From Styela clava (lineage: Eukaryota): DNA of 64,000 bases. Location: positions 14,384,001 through 14,448,000 of the forward strand of contig NC_135258.1 of the NCBI RefSeq assembly GCF_964204865.1. The letters are read 5' to 3'. Within the stretch, counting starts at the first letter, position 1. Every line of letters starts with the position of its first letter. A program made the translations under genes and the position numbers. This document shows positions 1-12,755 of the stretch, one piece after another. The notes below the pieces were generated by a model, which did no database searches, had not been told where the DNA came from, and saw nothing but the letters and a program-made list of their open reading frames with translations.

Positions 1-1103
1 GGGTGTCTGGAATATTTCCGTTTGATCGAGATATATTTGGCGACCATGAGTTCTTGTCTTCCTTTGTTACAGATCGCCCAGAACCAAAAGAAGATGATAG
101 CGAAGAGTGTCAGGCTGCGCCAAGCAACGCCGATGTAAGCTCTTTGCCTGGGACCTCCGGCACTACTGCACATTTCTCACCAGAAGATGTCAGACCGTTC
201 AACAAAGCCTGTCCGCGAAGAAAAAAGTGTGGGAGAAAGAGCTCAAAGACGCTAGTTCTCACGGATACGCCGGTGAAAGAGGCTTTAACAGCTAAATTGA
301 CTAACTCACAATCCAAAATCAAAAGCTCTAAAAAGAACCCCAAGCAAAAGAAGGCTGCGCCACCTGCTGAAACGAGCAGTGATGAATCATCTGTCCCCTT
401 GAATGACGATAGCGATCTGGAAAGTGAAGTTGATTCGCGTGTAGACGATAGTGTAGATCGAGTGGCAGCTGTGGGGGATTTTGCCATTATTAAATTCAGT
501 AGAAGGCGTGGTGGAAACGCGTTGCATTACGTCGGTAAAATTCTTGACAAGGACGACGACGAGAAGGAATTTGAAGTTATATTTATGCAAAGAATCCCGT
601 CGAAAGCAACAAATTCCGCTTTTGTTTTCCCCGAAGACGAAGAAAGCACATTCGGGCTGGATGAAGAAGATGTAGTCTGTCGCCTTGAAGCTCCAGTTAA
701 AGTTGGCGGCACGGCAAGAGCTTCCAGACACTACCGATTTAATGAAGATCTCACACAATGGAATATCCAGTAGCTTTGAAGGACGAATAAGGGCTCGATA
801 TTTCAGCAAAATTTCTTTCCTGATGGTGTTTTGTTCTTTATAAATTATTTCCTCCTCAGTGTCCCACTGTGATCCAACCACCGTCCCACTGTATACCGAC
901 GTCGGGGCACAGTGGGACAAATTTTTTTTTTTAAAAAACCTGGCTCACAGGAAAAATATTCCCATTGAGCAAATTCTTTGGTAAGAAATAAAAAGTTCGT
1001 TTCTCTTACAATGTAGTCATATGATTTAGAAGTTGAAATAGCGTAGTAAATAGTTCGAAAATCGCCAAAGAAAAAATGAGGGCCACTGTGCCCCACTCTC
1101 CCC
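1..1103 (+). mobile_element. 3' portion of a pogo/Tigger-like (Tc1/mariner superfamily) DNA transposon, truncated by the window start
   Basis: Contains an open transposase C-terminal ORF. Ends in ...GGCCACTGTGCCCCACTCTCCCC followed by TA (1104-1105), as expected for a TIR plus TA target duplication. Subterminal CCCACTGT repeats lie at about 863 and 886, with an inverted copy at about 904-919. Confidence 0.8.
3..773 (+). CDS. pogo-like DDE transposase, C-terminal part (5' end outside the window)
   Basis: SGIFPFDRDIF..EFLSS.VTD (end of the DDE_1 region), SPEDVRPF..A...RKK...LTDTP.K, an acidic linker, then VGDFAIIKF..HYVGKIL..EVIFMQR..FVFP, a C-terminal domain typical of invertebrate pogo transposases. 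No introns or stops. Confidence 0.75.
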   Translation: MSGIFPFDRDIFGDHEFLSSFVTDRPEPKEDDSEECQAAPSNADVSSLPGTSGTTAHFSPEDVRPFNKACPRRKKCGRKSSKTLVLTDTPVKEALTAKLTNSQSKIKSSKKNPKQKKAAPPAETSSDESSVPLNDDSDLESEVDSRVDDSVDRVAAVGDFAIIKFSRRRGGNALHYVGKILDKDDDEKEFEVIFMQRIPSKATNSAFVFPEDEESTFGLDEEDVVCRLEAPVKVGGTARASRHYRFNEDLTQWNIQ

Positions 1104-1933
1104 TATCCAACTTCATATGAATATTCCAACTTTCTGCCAGAGTATTATTATATCTATTCTAACACAGAACATAGCATGAATTCCACTTCCTATAGTCACT
1201 TCAACGATAACTCTACTGTGATGATGGACTCGTATCAAATCGCACGAAACTGATAGAGCAAGTAGCTACTGATCGCAGTTGATGGTGTTTTTCTTTGTGA
1301 TATCACAAAGTAAAATTGCACGAATACTGAAAGTTTTATCACATAAATGATATTCAATAACAAAATCGTTTCTACTAACATACTTCCATATGTCCGAAGT
1401 ACGCTGCATATCTCTTGCAGTAGAATGACCTATGCTTTCTCGGTCTGTGAATAATATCCATACGATACCAGGATACGATCACGCAAAATTGCTTTTGAAC
1501 CATTGGGACGTAGTCACGTAACTTGCTCAAATTATAACTTATCACCTCAAACTCCACGCTGCAATTAACCGGTAAATTTTATCCGATAACATGTTTCTCT
1601 TGTACGAGTTTTTCTCGTGGCTCATTTTCGAACAAAAGTACAATTGAAAAATGCGAGTATTCACAAATCAAACTCTATCAAATACTGGTCGAAACCAACT
1701 TTAATACAAATGACGTCATCGAACATGATGCCATCGTATTGTCATCGCTTAATAAAAGTCCAGATAAAAACTCTGAAGTGGAACACCAGACAAAAAATTA
1801 TCACGAGACAAGTACAACATGCTTGTGACGTCATAATACATCAAATACTTCGACAAAATGAAATCAACAAAAAAGATTATATTATTACCAAAACCCATAT
1901 GTTTGACATCTATTGGCGATGGTATTTGAAAAT

Positions 1934-4041
1934 ATGATGAATATATGTACTGGACGATTTACAATCACCAGGGCAAGGTCGGAGAAGGTAAGTCTCTTAC
2001 GACGACAGTAGGAAAGGAAGTATTTACGTAATTTTAGTGCACGTAATAATATTTGTTGCAGATTTCATTCTTCGTGTACCTATTGCACCTGCTTGCATGC
2101 GCCACTTTATGGGGCATCTTGTTGGTTTGGGGAATTCTCAATCAGCTAGTTGAATCCGGCGTGATTGATCAAGATGAATTTTACGGAATATTCAAAGATT
2201 TCAATGTCATCTTCCACCTATCAACTATTCGCATTGACGTCGGCGATGTTTCAGCAATCTTTCTCGTCGTTTTTGCAACTATGCTGGAGACAATTTCGGT
2301 AAGTATATAGACAATAATTTGCAACAAAATCTTAAAACCATCGATCACAATACTCTATTATTTGACACACAGGTATTCGGAATATGTGGGGCGATACGTG
2401 TTAACCGAAGACGAAGAATTCGTGATGATTCTCCAGACATATTCGTTGAGCCAAAAACTTCATTGTGTTCTATCATTTTTCTGAGAATTGTCATTGTGAT
2501 TTGTCTTGCTTTGGGTGGAATGTCATTGGCTGTTAGCGATCCACTAATGAGTCACATGGTATCTGCGATGTCCTCTGTGATAACCGGAAGCATAGGATCA
2601 ACAAATATAAAAGCGATGGATATTTACCAGGTCAGTCAATTATATATATTATCGGACACGAAATAGACTCATGGCCGTTTTGCCTAATAGTTGTTGTTTT
2701 TCTTGCTGAGGCTGTGTCTTATTTTTAGTGTTATGATAAATTGACATTCTTAGCAAGTAATAGACCTATCAAATTTTCATTGCTTGAAGACGAAAAGAGT
2801 CGCCAATGCTTCTGATTTAGCTTATGGATGGCGTTGAGAATTTAGTGTCTGGCGTGCGGCAAAGATGAATAGAAACATAGACGTCGCTCAGCGAAACTTT
2901 GGTCAAAGATTTATGTCATATTCCACCTTTTTTTGAATATTAGTGTCGGGTATCGGCATTATATGAAATGGCGGCTAATCTGTGCAACCCATAGCGGCTT
3001 CAGAGGTTAGAGCATAATTTTTTTTTATATATTCAGAGCGTGTTTCAGTGCTGTGGTGCCAAATCTCCAAAAGACTGGATTCAAGTCGATAAGGAAAACG
3101 GAATCGTCTACGATTGGATCCCCCAGTCATGCTGTATTAACTCTTCGGACTGCTCGATATCTCCAAGAAACGTAATTCTTGATGTTTCTTCTACTGCTAT
3201 CTCAATGACTACGGCCAATCCTGGCATGGGCACCTCAATTCCGTTTTCCCTTGGAAACGATGCTACATTTGATTTTGTTCAAACCCAGATTTACGATAGG
3301 GGATGTGACACTGCTATTCAATCTTTCCTAACCTTACACAGTTTGTTGCTATTTGCATCAGCATTCATACTGATTTTATTGCACACATCCTGGGTTATTT
3401 GGCGCCGAAATGCTGGACTTCCGTACCTATGTTGTGAATTCAATCGTAGAAAAAATCGAGTTCTACCTATTCATCTCGAAGTTAACGGTAGTCCGACGAG
3501 TTCAAATGAAAGCCTATTTTTCTTGCAAAATAAGCTCATAAACAACATCAGCAGCAGTGAAAGCTTTCAACTCATTAATGTCCCAGAGAGTTCGGAGAGT
3601 AACCACATAGTTATGAAAAAGCCTGGACCACCGTCAATAACGCGAGTAGGACAGGATATAGCAATTTCTCCCTTAGAAAATCTTCGTTCATCTTTCACTA
3701 ATAAGGATGAAACGAAATACAGGCCACGCACGTCGAGAGCAAGGCCAAAAACAGGCATTAGTCGATCTGCAGGAAACTTGCCACGTAATGTTTCAAGGAT
3801 GCTTGAGGAAACTATGTCAGGACATCGACCGCCAACGCCTGCTAAATTGCCTCAACAAGTGATGGTAGTTCATGGTGATAATGAAGATGCTGACACTTTC
3901 GAACCTGCTCATTTCTCTGGGCCTGCTTCAAGCAAAGACACATGGGCAACGGCTGTCAATGTTGAAGTTCCCAACACCAAGCGACAAAATGACGACGACA
4001 AGCTTTCGATTTATAGCATTGACAGCCTCGAAGGATGGTAA
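1934..4041 (+). CDS. Tetraspanin-family membrane protein with long cytoplasmic C-terminal tail (about 517 aa, 4 exons)
   Basis: Exons 1934-1987, 2062-2298, 2373-2630, 3037-4041, all phase-0 GT-AG joins. Four hydrophobic segments, VFGICGA after TM2, and a large extracellular loop with MDIYQ-SVFQCCG, IPQSCC and YDRGC signatures. Confidence 0.85.
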
Positions 4042-4329
4042 ACCATGCCTCATATCTTATATAGCGGGCGCTACCACGCGATGCGGTGCTGAATTTACTT
4101 GTTTTTATTTAATGATATTACTCGCATAATAAATAAAAAAATTCATTGGAAAAGCATATAATTTTACTTACAAAATGGGCAGGTTATAAGAAAAATAAAT
4201 TTCCTTGATCGCTAAAAACCTGCATCATCAATTTCCATCCAGCACTCGTTTATCTAATAAGTGCTTAATTACTAAAGTTATCACTTCTTACTCCAACAGC
4301 GGTTGACCCGTTGTTTCTTTCGTGTAGAT

Positions 4330-4933
4330 CAGAGGTGACGAACCTGCGGCCCACGAAGCATTCTGGCAATTCAGTGTATGTTTGGAGTAAAGTCACAAAC
4401 CTCCATGAACTGTACAGAGAGAATGGGAGCGCAAGTGTTACCGTATTCATATTACTGGCAACAACACTATTTCCAACACATCTATTTTTTTGGATCATCG
4501 ATACCTCTAACAATGGATCAAAATGACCATTGTCGTAGCATAGTTACGCTCTCTTATCGGCAAACGCATACGGTTTAATAGAGAAGGAGTAATCTCACTT
4601 TATGAAAATGCTCAATGAATAAAACAATGGTAGAAAGTACATGGTACAGTACATTAAAAATTGATTTTGCAATAATACGCAGGTAGTAAACTCAAACTTT
4701 CGTGTTAAAAATGCTGTGGTATTCGAAAGGGAATTTGGATCTGGAACATCCGAGCCGAGCGTTTATATTGCATTATATAATTGAATAACATCAGCTGTAT
4801 TGATGCCGTTGTTCGTTTAGTAGATGAAAATCAACAGGTATCATACGGTAGTACGACTATAAATTGTGCGGCCCGCTCACTCAGCGGTGACTGATAAAGT
4901 GGCCCGCTACAGCAAATTGGTTCGTCACCCCTG
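4330..4933. mobile_element. hAT-family MITE
   Basis: TIRs CAGAGGTGACGAACC / GGTTCGTCACCCCTG; identical 8-bp TSD GTGTAGAT on both sides; GCGGCCC subterminal motifs. Confidence 0.85.
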
Positions 4934-5737
4934 GTGTAGATTCTCTTCTCCATCTGCCTTGCATATTTTCCTTCACTTTCATCTCACTTTTGGTTCTATT
5001 TCCATTTCATGTATGTAGGCTACTTTAAATACTAATACCACGTGTCACATATTCAGAATCCTATATTTATACAAACATGGCATATAATCATAATAATCTT
5101 GGCACATTTTTATCAAGTTCTAAAATCCAGATTGTTGAATTATAAAATATATACCTGTTTCGACGGGAACTTAGCAGTGACATATTCTATTTAAGAATGG
5201 CGCAGTTTGTTCTTTTCTCTTTTTTACTTTGATTAATCATCGTAAGGATGTCGCATAGCTTGTAATAGATTAGTATAGTATTTTCTGAAAGTGCGAGACT
5301 TTTTTAGAAGAAGTATACTATCCAGATGAGGCTGGGCCATTTCAAAAATAGCATTTTCGTAGGACATGGCGCGTGGCAAACCCCATACTTCAACGTTCGA
5401 GACGAATGTGAAGAATTGATTAAAATATTGAGCATTGAACGTTAGATCCTATTATGAAGAATATAAGGTATTCGTATTTCACAAATTGAATAATCGTCCA
5501 TACACTAATCGGATAAATTAGATTTTCAACATTGCTTGTAAACAACGTTTTCGTAGTTTGGAGGAGAGGGATGAGATTTTTAATTATATTTGCTATACTG
5601 GTCTTATGACAAATGATGATTTTGAAAAAGCTAATCAGTTTATATTTAAAAAATTATGTAAAAACTCCCAATATAAGCAAAAATATCGCACTAGTAAGTT
5701 ACGCCTAAATGTCAAATTGACGAAATAAAACAAACCA

Positions 5738-5800
5738 GTCGCCGGAGCGCGAACGTGATGTGAGTATGTGAAAGGGTAGTTTGAGTTTCTTCGCGCGCTT
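5738..5800 (+). promoter_or_regulatory. CpG-containing proximal promoter of TYMS with an E2F-like site
   Basis: GTCGCCGGAGCGCGAA and TTTCTTCGCGCGC resemble E2F sites (TTTSSCGC) about 80-140 bp upstream of the ATG of an S-phase gene. Confidence 0.4.
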
Positions 5801-5869
5801 TTACAGTCTTAGGAATTAGGATTCTAGATTCGTCAGGTAATTCTGTGAATCAATAATCTTTTACGGTAG

Positions 5870-6886
<1,017 letters not shown>

Positions 6887-7457
6887 CCAAGGCACACTTG
6901 CTAAAGAGTCTTAGACATACACGAGCTATTTGGTGTCAGCACGAACAAGATTATGAACATTTATTTACTATAAATATTTCAGAAACTGCTTACCTATTAA
7001 ATAATGCAGATATCTGAATAGATTATTTGATAAGTATAGAATGGCCATCCACGATTTTCAGTTGTACACCAGGGTTTTATATTTGTACCATACAATTTTG
7101 TACAATACAAAAATGTGTAATCTAAATATGGTTAGATAATCTAAAAATTGACTTTTTAGTCTTGGTACAAAAAATAATACAATCATGTAACTAAATCATG
7201 GAAATGTTAAGAAGTGAAGCTGTAAACCAATCATACCAATTTAGGATGCAAAATAAGCACTTCTTCTGTTAGAGCTTTGTAGCCCAAACTTGAAAGTGTT
7301 TATTGTACATTCCAGATATACACATTCCTTGCCGCAAGTGGTTATTTATGTCATGTATAGTTTTTGTTGTTATTGTGTCTATTTATCAGTTTACAATTTG
7401 TATATTGTTCTTTTTTCAGTATAAAAACACCAAATTTGAATATTCTCTAAACTGGTT

Positions 7458-8765
7458 ATGTCTGAAGAAAAGGAAATCGAAGTTAAAAAAGAAACAACAA
7501 ATCAAGAGGAATTTGCTTATGACGCATCAAGTCTACCAAGCTTGCTTCCAATTTATTATAAACTCTTGTTTCCTTATGGGCCGTTCTATTCTTGGTTGAG
7601 TTACGGAGGTCTCAATAAAACTACATTTTCAAACCGGGAATTTTCGTTCACTTTACAGAATGATATTTATGTTCGATACCAATCTTTTACAAGTCAGCAA
7701 GAAATGGAGAAAGAAATCCAGAAAATGAAACCTCACAAAATTGACATTGGAGCCATATTTTCCCATCCACCAAAAGATCATAATAAATATCATAGCGGCA
7801 TTTTTAAACCTCTAGAAAAAGAACTTGTGTTTGACATTGATATGACTGATTACGATGACGTTAGAAAATGTTGTCAAGGAGCTGATATTTGTACAAAATG
7901 TTGGCCTCTTATGACAATGGCTATTAAATTGATTGATAGAGCCCTGAGAGAGGATTTTGGATTCATGCATCGACTGTGGATATATTCTGGTAGACGTGGA
8001 GTCCATTGCTGGGTATGTGACGACAAAGTACGAAAATTGCCGAATAAAGCAAGATCTGCGATCGTGGACTACTTGAGTGTGATTCAAGGTGGTAATTTGG
8101 AGAAAAGAGTTAATCTTAAAGATCCAGTCCACCCGTTTTTAAGACATTGTATAACCACAATATCGAAGCAGCATTGGGAGGAATACCGACAGGCACAAGA
8201 AATTCTTGAAACCCCTTCAGACGTTGAAAAAGTACTAAAAATGGTTCCTGATGCTGAAATGAAGGAAAAATTGAAAACGGAATTTAATAACGATAATCGT
8301 ACAACTGAAACTAGATGGGAAAGAATAAGAAAAGCCACTGCTGAAAGATATCAAGAAGACATGAAAAAATATCGTAAGCTTCGTTACACGCCACAAGAAA
8401 TTATGCTAGAATTTTGTTATCCTCGTCTCGATGCCAACGTCAGCACAAGTATTAATCACTTGTTAAAGAGTCCTTTTTCTGTTCATCCTAAAACCGGACG
8501 TGTTTGTGTACCAATTGATATAGATAGCGTTGATGATTTCGACCCTTTTGCTGTCCCGACTATCAGCCAACTTTGCCACGAGTTAGACTCACAAAAAGCA
8601 GAAAAAACAGAAGACAATTCTGACGGTTCCACTAGAAAGATCCACCTTTATAAAACAACAAGTATCAAAAAACACGTCAAGATTTTTGAAGATTTCGTTA
8701 ACAAATTATTAGCAGATAGCCGTAAGGAAAAACTTAATCAGAAAGATGCAACAATGGATTTTTGA
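7458..8765 (+). CDS. PRIM1: DNA primase small (catalytic) subunit (intronless CDS)
   Basis: REFSFTL..DIYVRYQSF, PHKIDIGA, catalytic ELVFDIDMTDYD, zinc knuckle CCQGADICTKC, SGRRGVHCW, YPRLD..VS...NHLLKSPFSVHPKTG. Confidence 0.98.
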   Translation: MSEEKEIEVKKETTNQEEFAYDASSLPSLLPIYYKLLFPYGPFYSWLSYGGLNKTTFSNREFSFTLQNDIYVRYQSFTSQQEMEKEIQKMKPHKIDIGAIFSHPPKDHNKYHSGIFKPLEKELVFDIDMTDYDDVRKCCQGADICTKCWPLMTMAIKLIDRALREDFGFMHRLWIYSGRRGVHCWVCDDKVRKLPNKARSAIVDYLSVIQGGNLEKRVNLKDPVHPFLRHCITTISKQHWEEYRQAQEILETPSDVEKVLKMVPDAEMKEKLKTEFNNDNRTTETRWERIRKATAERYQEDMKKYRKLRYTPQEIMLEFCYPRLDANVSTSINHLLKSPFSVHPKTGRVCVPIDIDSVDDFDPFAVPTISQLCHELDSQKAEKTEDNSDGSTRKIHLYKTTSIKKHVKIFEDFVNKLLADSRKEKLNQKDATMDF

Positions 8766-8922
8766 TTGTTTTTATATTGAAACTGATTATTCTCAATCAT
8801 AATTTTTGTTAGCTAGCAAATTGTTAGCGGACAGTCGTAAGGAAATACCTAATCAGAAAGATTTATATGAACTTTAGATTGTTGTTCGCGTTGACACTGT
8901 TTATTCTCAATCATAACTTTTG
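8701..8922 (+). repeat. Diverged tandem duplication (about 115 bp unit) spanning the PRIM1 stop codon
   Basis: CAAATTATTAGCAGATAGCCGTAAGGAAAAACTTAATCAGAAAGAT...TTATTCTCAATCATAATTTTTG is repeated as CAAATTGTTAGCGGACAGTCGTAAGGAAATACCTAATCAGAAAGAT...TTATTCTCAATCATAACTTTTG. Confidence 0.85.
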
Positions 8923-9395
8923 GTATCTGGATTTGACATGTTGGTAAATTGTAAACAATGTGCTGCTGCAGGTTTTGTTAATATTGGTTTCATTTAGGAA
9001 AGAACACTAGGGCTCTAATCAACTTGATAGACCTAATTTTAGCACCCGAACCTCAGAAACACTGCCGATTGGTCATTAGGAAGATATAGTACTGACCATT
9101 CAATAACTCCGTGTGGCCTAAAGCATAAAAATTGACCCAGACAAAATAAGCCCCAACCCCTACAAAGCTTCTTGGTAGAATTTTCCCCGGAGACCACCAA
9201 AAAATAGAAGATCCCAATTACTTAGTTGTTTAATATTATTTAAAATATGTCAATTTAGCTATAAAATACATATTTTGTAACTCTTTCCACACAATATAGT
9301 AAAAATTGTCTATATCCCCATTGGGTGGTTGTCGTGTTTCTAATTGCATAACAATACTGTAAATAATTTTTCACTTTTTTCCTTAGATTTTAAAT

Positions 9396-11330
9396 ATGAC
9401 TTCTAGAATTTCTTATACAATTTTACGTGGAATTTGTAGCAGAGGTTTATGTACAAGTGCTGCACGTCTTGGTTTTCTTCCACATGATCTTTTAAGAAGT
9501 GATATGCTCAGTTTGAGCGGCCTTGTCAAGCAAAAAAAGGTAAATTTGAAATGCCTATATACCTTACGCTAGGACAGCGCTGTCTGTGAAAATGCACAGT
9601 AGAGGGAAATCAAATTTTGAAAATGAATACTTGACGTATTGATTTCTATTATACGTTATTGACTCTGGAGAAAAATAATGATTTCAGCTCTACGGCGACA
9701 TGTTATTAATAGGAATTGATTTACGTGTTCGAATCCCATTCAGGGATAGTTAAGTGCGATAGGATTCTTGGACTTCTCACCGCCGTAGGGTTATTCACGC
9801 TACCACTGGTCGGTTACGGCTTCCTCCACGATCAGGTCCATGCTTCCAAAAACAAACAACTGACTACTGATCAAATTGAAAAGCCTTTATCCAATCAATT
9901 TTGCAGCAAATTCTTGATATTATCTATTTAATACCATAACAATGGTGAATCAACTAAGAAGACACAAATTTATAAATAAAAAACTTGCCTGGGATGAACT
10001 AATTATATGATACTGCAGCAAGTGTAAAGATAACTATTCTAAGTGATCCGAGAGTCTTAATTTACACCAAAACAAATAATATAACAGAAATATATTTGTG
10101 TTGGTGTGGAGCAAGAATCTATGAATCACTTGGAATAGTTATAGACTTATAGTAAAAAAAAAAAGCTGAATAGCAATAATTTTGAACCAAGTCTATATTA
10201 AATTTTTTACCGAATTTTCCAAATACCCAAAATCTTGGACCATCGTTTACTAAAATAATGTTTTTGTAGGTCTTGAGAAACAAAAAAAATTTTGGACCAT
10301 CTTTTATTAAAATAATCCTGTTTTTGTAGGTCTTGAGAAAGAAAAAACAGGAACAACTTGCTGCTGATGAGAGCAATGCTGCTTATTCTTACGGTCCCCT
10401 CAATGTTTCAGTTGAAGGTTATGATATGGTTGTTATAGAAAAATTTGCTCAAAACATCCATCGATTATTGCTGCAGGAAAAAGTTGACGTCAGAGAAGTG
10501 TGAGACAATGTTTTAAATGATTTATTGGCTTTTCATAAATGTATAAATTCATTTCCATGATCTTGAATAACAAAGTTTAAAGTAAAAAAAATCTCAAGAT
10601 GACATTTGATAAAAATCTGTTTTGTGGTATTAACACTAAGTAAAGAATGGTCAAACAACAAAAATAATACATTCTCAGGTGTAGTTGCTTATTCTGAACA
10701 TGTCATATTTTTTACATACCCGTATATTAACAAAGAGAGGTTATGATTCGAAAAGATTCAGGCCTCTCATAGAACTAAACCAAAACAGAAGGAATGTAAT
10801 GCCCTTGAAGCTCGGCGTACTACAAGGCTACTCTGTAAGTTTAATTTTCTTCAGGTATGCATTACCGACCGAACATTTAGCAGTGAAGCAGGTTGGCCAA
10901 AAATTGACAAAAGAAGTGCAGCAAATGGACAGAGTTGCCGAGCTACCGGTACATGCCAGAGTTCTACAGATTCAAGGCCTGCAGTCTACCTTGGCACCTA
11001 TTTTATTGCAAACGATTGCTTGCGATATTCCTCCAGGTGTCAAGCTTACGGTTAATAAGGTATAAATTTATATTTTCAAGTCTATTTGTCACAATTAAGG
11101 CAGTTATTGCTGGGAAAATAACGATAATTTAATCATGTAAATGCTTAGCAAGCGATTGGAAAACTTGTACTTTTTAATATATTAAACTGATAAATAAAAG
11201 CAAAAATGGCAAACACTATTTCACATTGTTTTTGCAGCACACTGAAGAAGATCGTCTGAAGAGATATAAACCAAATAAAGAGCTGGAAGCTGAAAAGCTT
11301 AATCTTTCTAAACTTCTGGCCGCACGTTAA
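9396..11330 (+). CDS. MRPL48: Mitochondrial ribosomal protein L48 (about 203 aa, 4 exons)
   Basis: Exons 9396-9539, 10330-10499, 10855-11059, 11238-11330 are phase-consistent. Arg/Ser-rich presequence MTSRISYTILRGICSRGLCTSAAR. GYDMVVIEKFAQNIH..YALPT..HARVLQIQGLQST..IPPGVKLTVNK-HTEED..RYKPNKELE matches the mL48 S10-like domain. Confidence 0.88.
9720..9870 (+). mobile_element. SINE family 1 fragment (MRPL48 intron 1)
   Basis: GTTCGAATC B-box followed by the core ACTGGTCGGTTACGGCTT...TCCATGCTT shared with copies at about 17.4, 26.8 and 31.3 kb. Confidence 0.65.
10231..10350 (+). repeat. About 60-bp tandem duplication containing the MRPL48 exon-2 splice acceptor
   Basis: TTGGACCATC...AAAATAAT..TGTTTTTGTAGGTCTTGAGAAA occurs twice, with AG acceptors at 10268-10269 and 10328-10329. 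Confidence 0.9.
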
Positions 11331-12410
11331 CATCAAATGAATACTCTTTTATTAAGTCTCATCTTGAGAAATGTGCTAAGAATTTGAGTTCAAATATCTT
11401 TCCTGCTCTGTTTTAACAGATGACGTTCGTCTCACAGATGATGATGTTGAGTCGCCTGTTGTTTTAGCAGCTCTGTAACATGAAATTTCTTGTTTAATAA
11501 TAAATAATGTTGAGTCTAGCTTTTTCCTGATTCTTGGTCAGGTTGTGCAAAACAGTTTCATTATTATTATTGAATCATTTTCTATACAAACAAGTGAATT
11601 AGGATTATCTTCAATTACAAAATACAATGTAGTATGAGCATTGCTTACAGTTTGGTCAGAATAATCACCAGTTTTGTCTAGCAATAAATAATAAAACATG
11701 CAAAAAGCTTTGATTTCAGATCAAGGTTTCAACAAACTGTCGGCTTTAAGATCAATCCAAAGTAGTAAAACTGGAAACTGAATTATTGGTTTTAGTGCTT
11801 ATGGAAACCCTTTTAGCTCTTTTGATGGGATAACTGCAAAACCTTAAGCATGATGGGTGTCTCTTTAACTATTAAAGCAATACAAATCTGCTACAATTTC
11901 AAATACTTTCTCTGGCAAGCAGGGCTGGGAGACATGACATTTAGCTGCGGCCCGGAGCTAGCAATAAATTGCCTAGCTAGCAATAATTTTTTATACCTTA
12001 TTGAAATAGTAATTTCCAAAGAGTTTTGAAATTGGCACTCGTGTTTTATGGTGGTGGCCGTACAAAAAATACGTCTATGGAGGCAGTATCAATGTGATCA
12101 GCCCTGCATGCTAGCATTTATAATTGTACCTATTTTCCATATTGCCTTCTTTAGCTAGCGTATTACCCAATCAAGACAAGATTTCTATGTTTTGTTATAT
12201 TGAGGATAAAGTTAAATGAATACAAGTCATAGCATTCAGTCCAAAGCAAAATTATACGGTGGTAAATAAAAGAAGGAACAAATCAAAAGAAGAAGATTGA
12301 CAAAGGAACAGAAAAAACTGCAGTACTGGCTGTTACTGCATGGTAAAATAGCTATATGGCAAAATTAGATAAGTACTAAGAGCATTATTGAACATCATAA
12401 CATAACATGG

Positions 12411-12755
12411 GAAACAGAATTGGAGTGCTAGCACAGATATCACCAATGTAGGCAAAATCACAATTACCCGCTAATTGACGAGCACACATAGTTGATTATG
12501 ATTTCAATTCAGAACCTAATATTTCAATTCGGTCATCACATACAGATATCAAATTATTAATATCAACACAGTTGATGAAACAGAATTTGGAATGCTCGCA
12601 CAGATACCACCCATGTAGGCAGAATCACATAACTCGCAATTAGCGCTAAATAAGAGCACACATGGTTAAATATGATTTCAATTCAGGACCTAATAATTCA
12701 ATTTGATTGGCGTCGTCACACAAAAATATCAAATCATTATTATCAATACAGTGGA
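12411..12755. repeat. Diverged tandem duplication (about 170 bp unit)
   Basis: GAAACAGAATT.GGA.TGCT.GCACAGATA.CACC.ATGTAGGCA...TATGATTTCAATTCAG.ACCTAAT...TATCAA.ACAGT is present twice, starting at about 12411 and 12577. Confidence 0.85.

Noticed and set aside
110-920. Minus-strand ORFs of 125 and 177 aa
   Set aside because: Antisense to the transposase ORF; no recognisable motifs.
1375-1558. Minus-strand segment with acceptor- and donor-like ends (possible exon)
   Set aside because: No recognisable protein and no in-frame downstream exon found within the window.
4265-4578. Three overlapping short ORFs
   Set aside because: They lie mostly inside a hAT MITE and show no transposase motifs.
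11420-11467. Possible alternative last exon of MRPL48 (MTFVSQMMMLSRLLF*)
   Set aside because: It would replace the conserved HTEED..ELE tail, and the only support is an AG acceptor.
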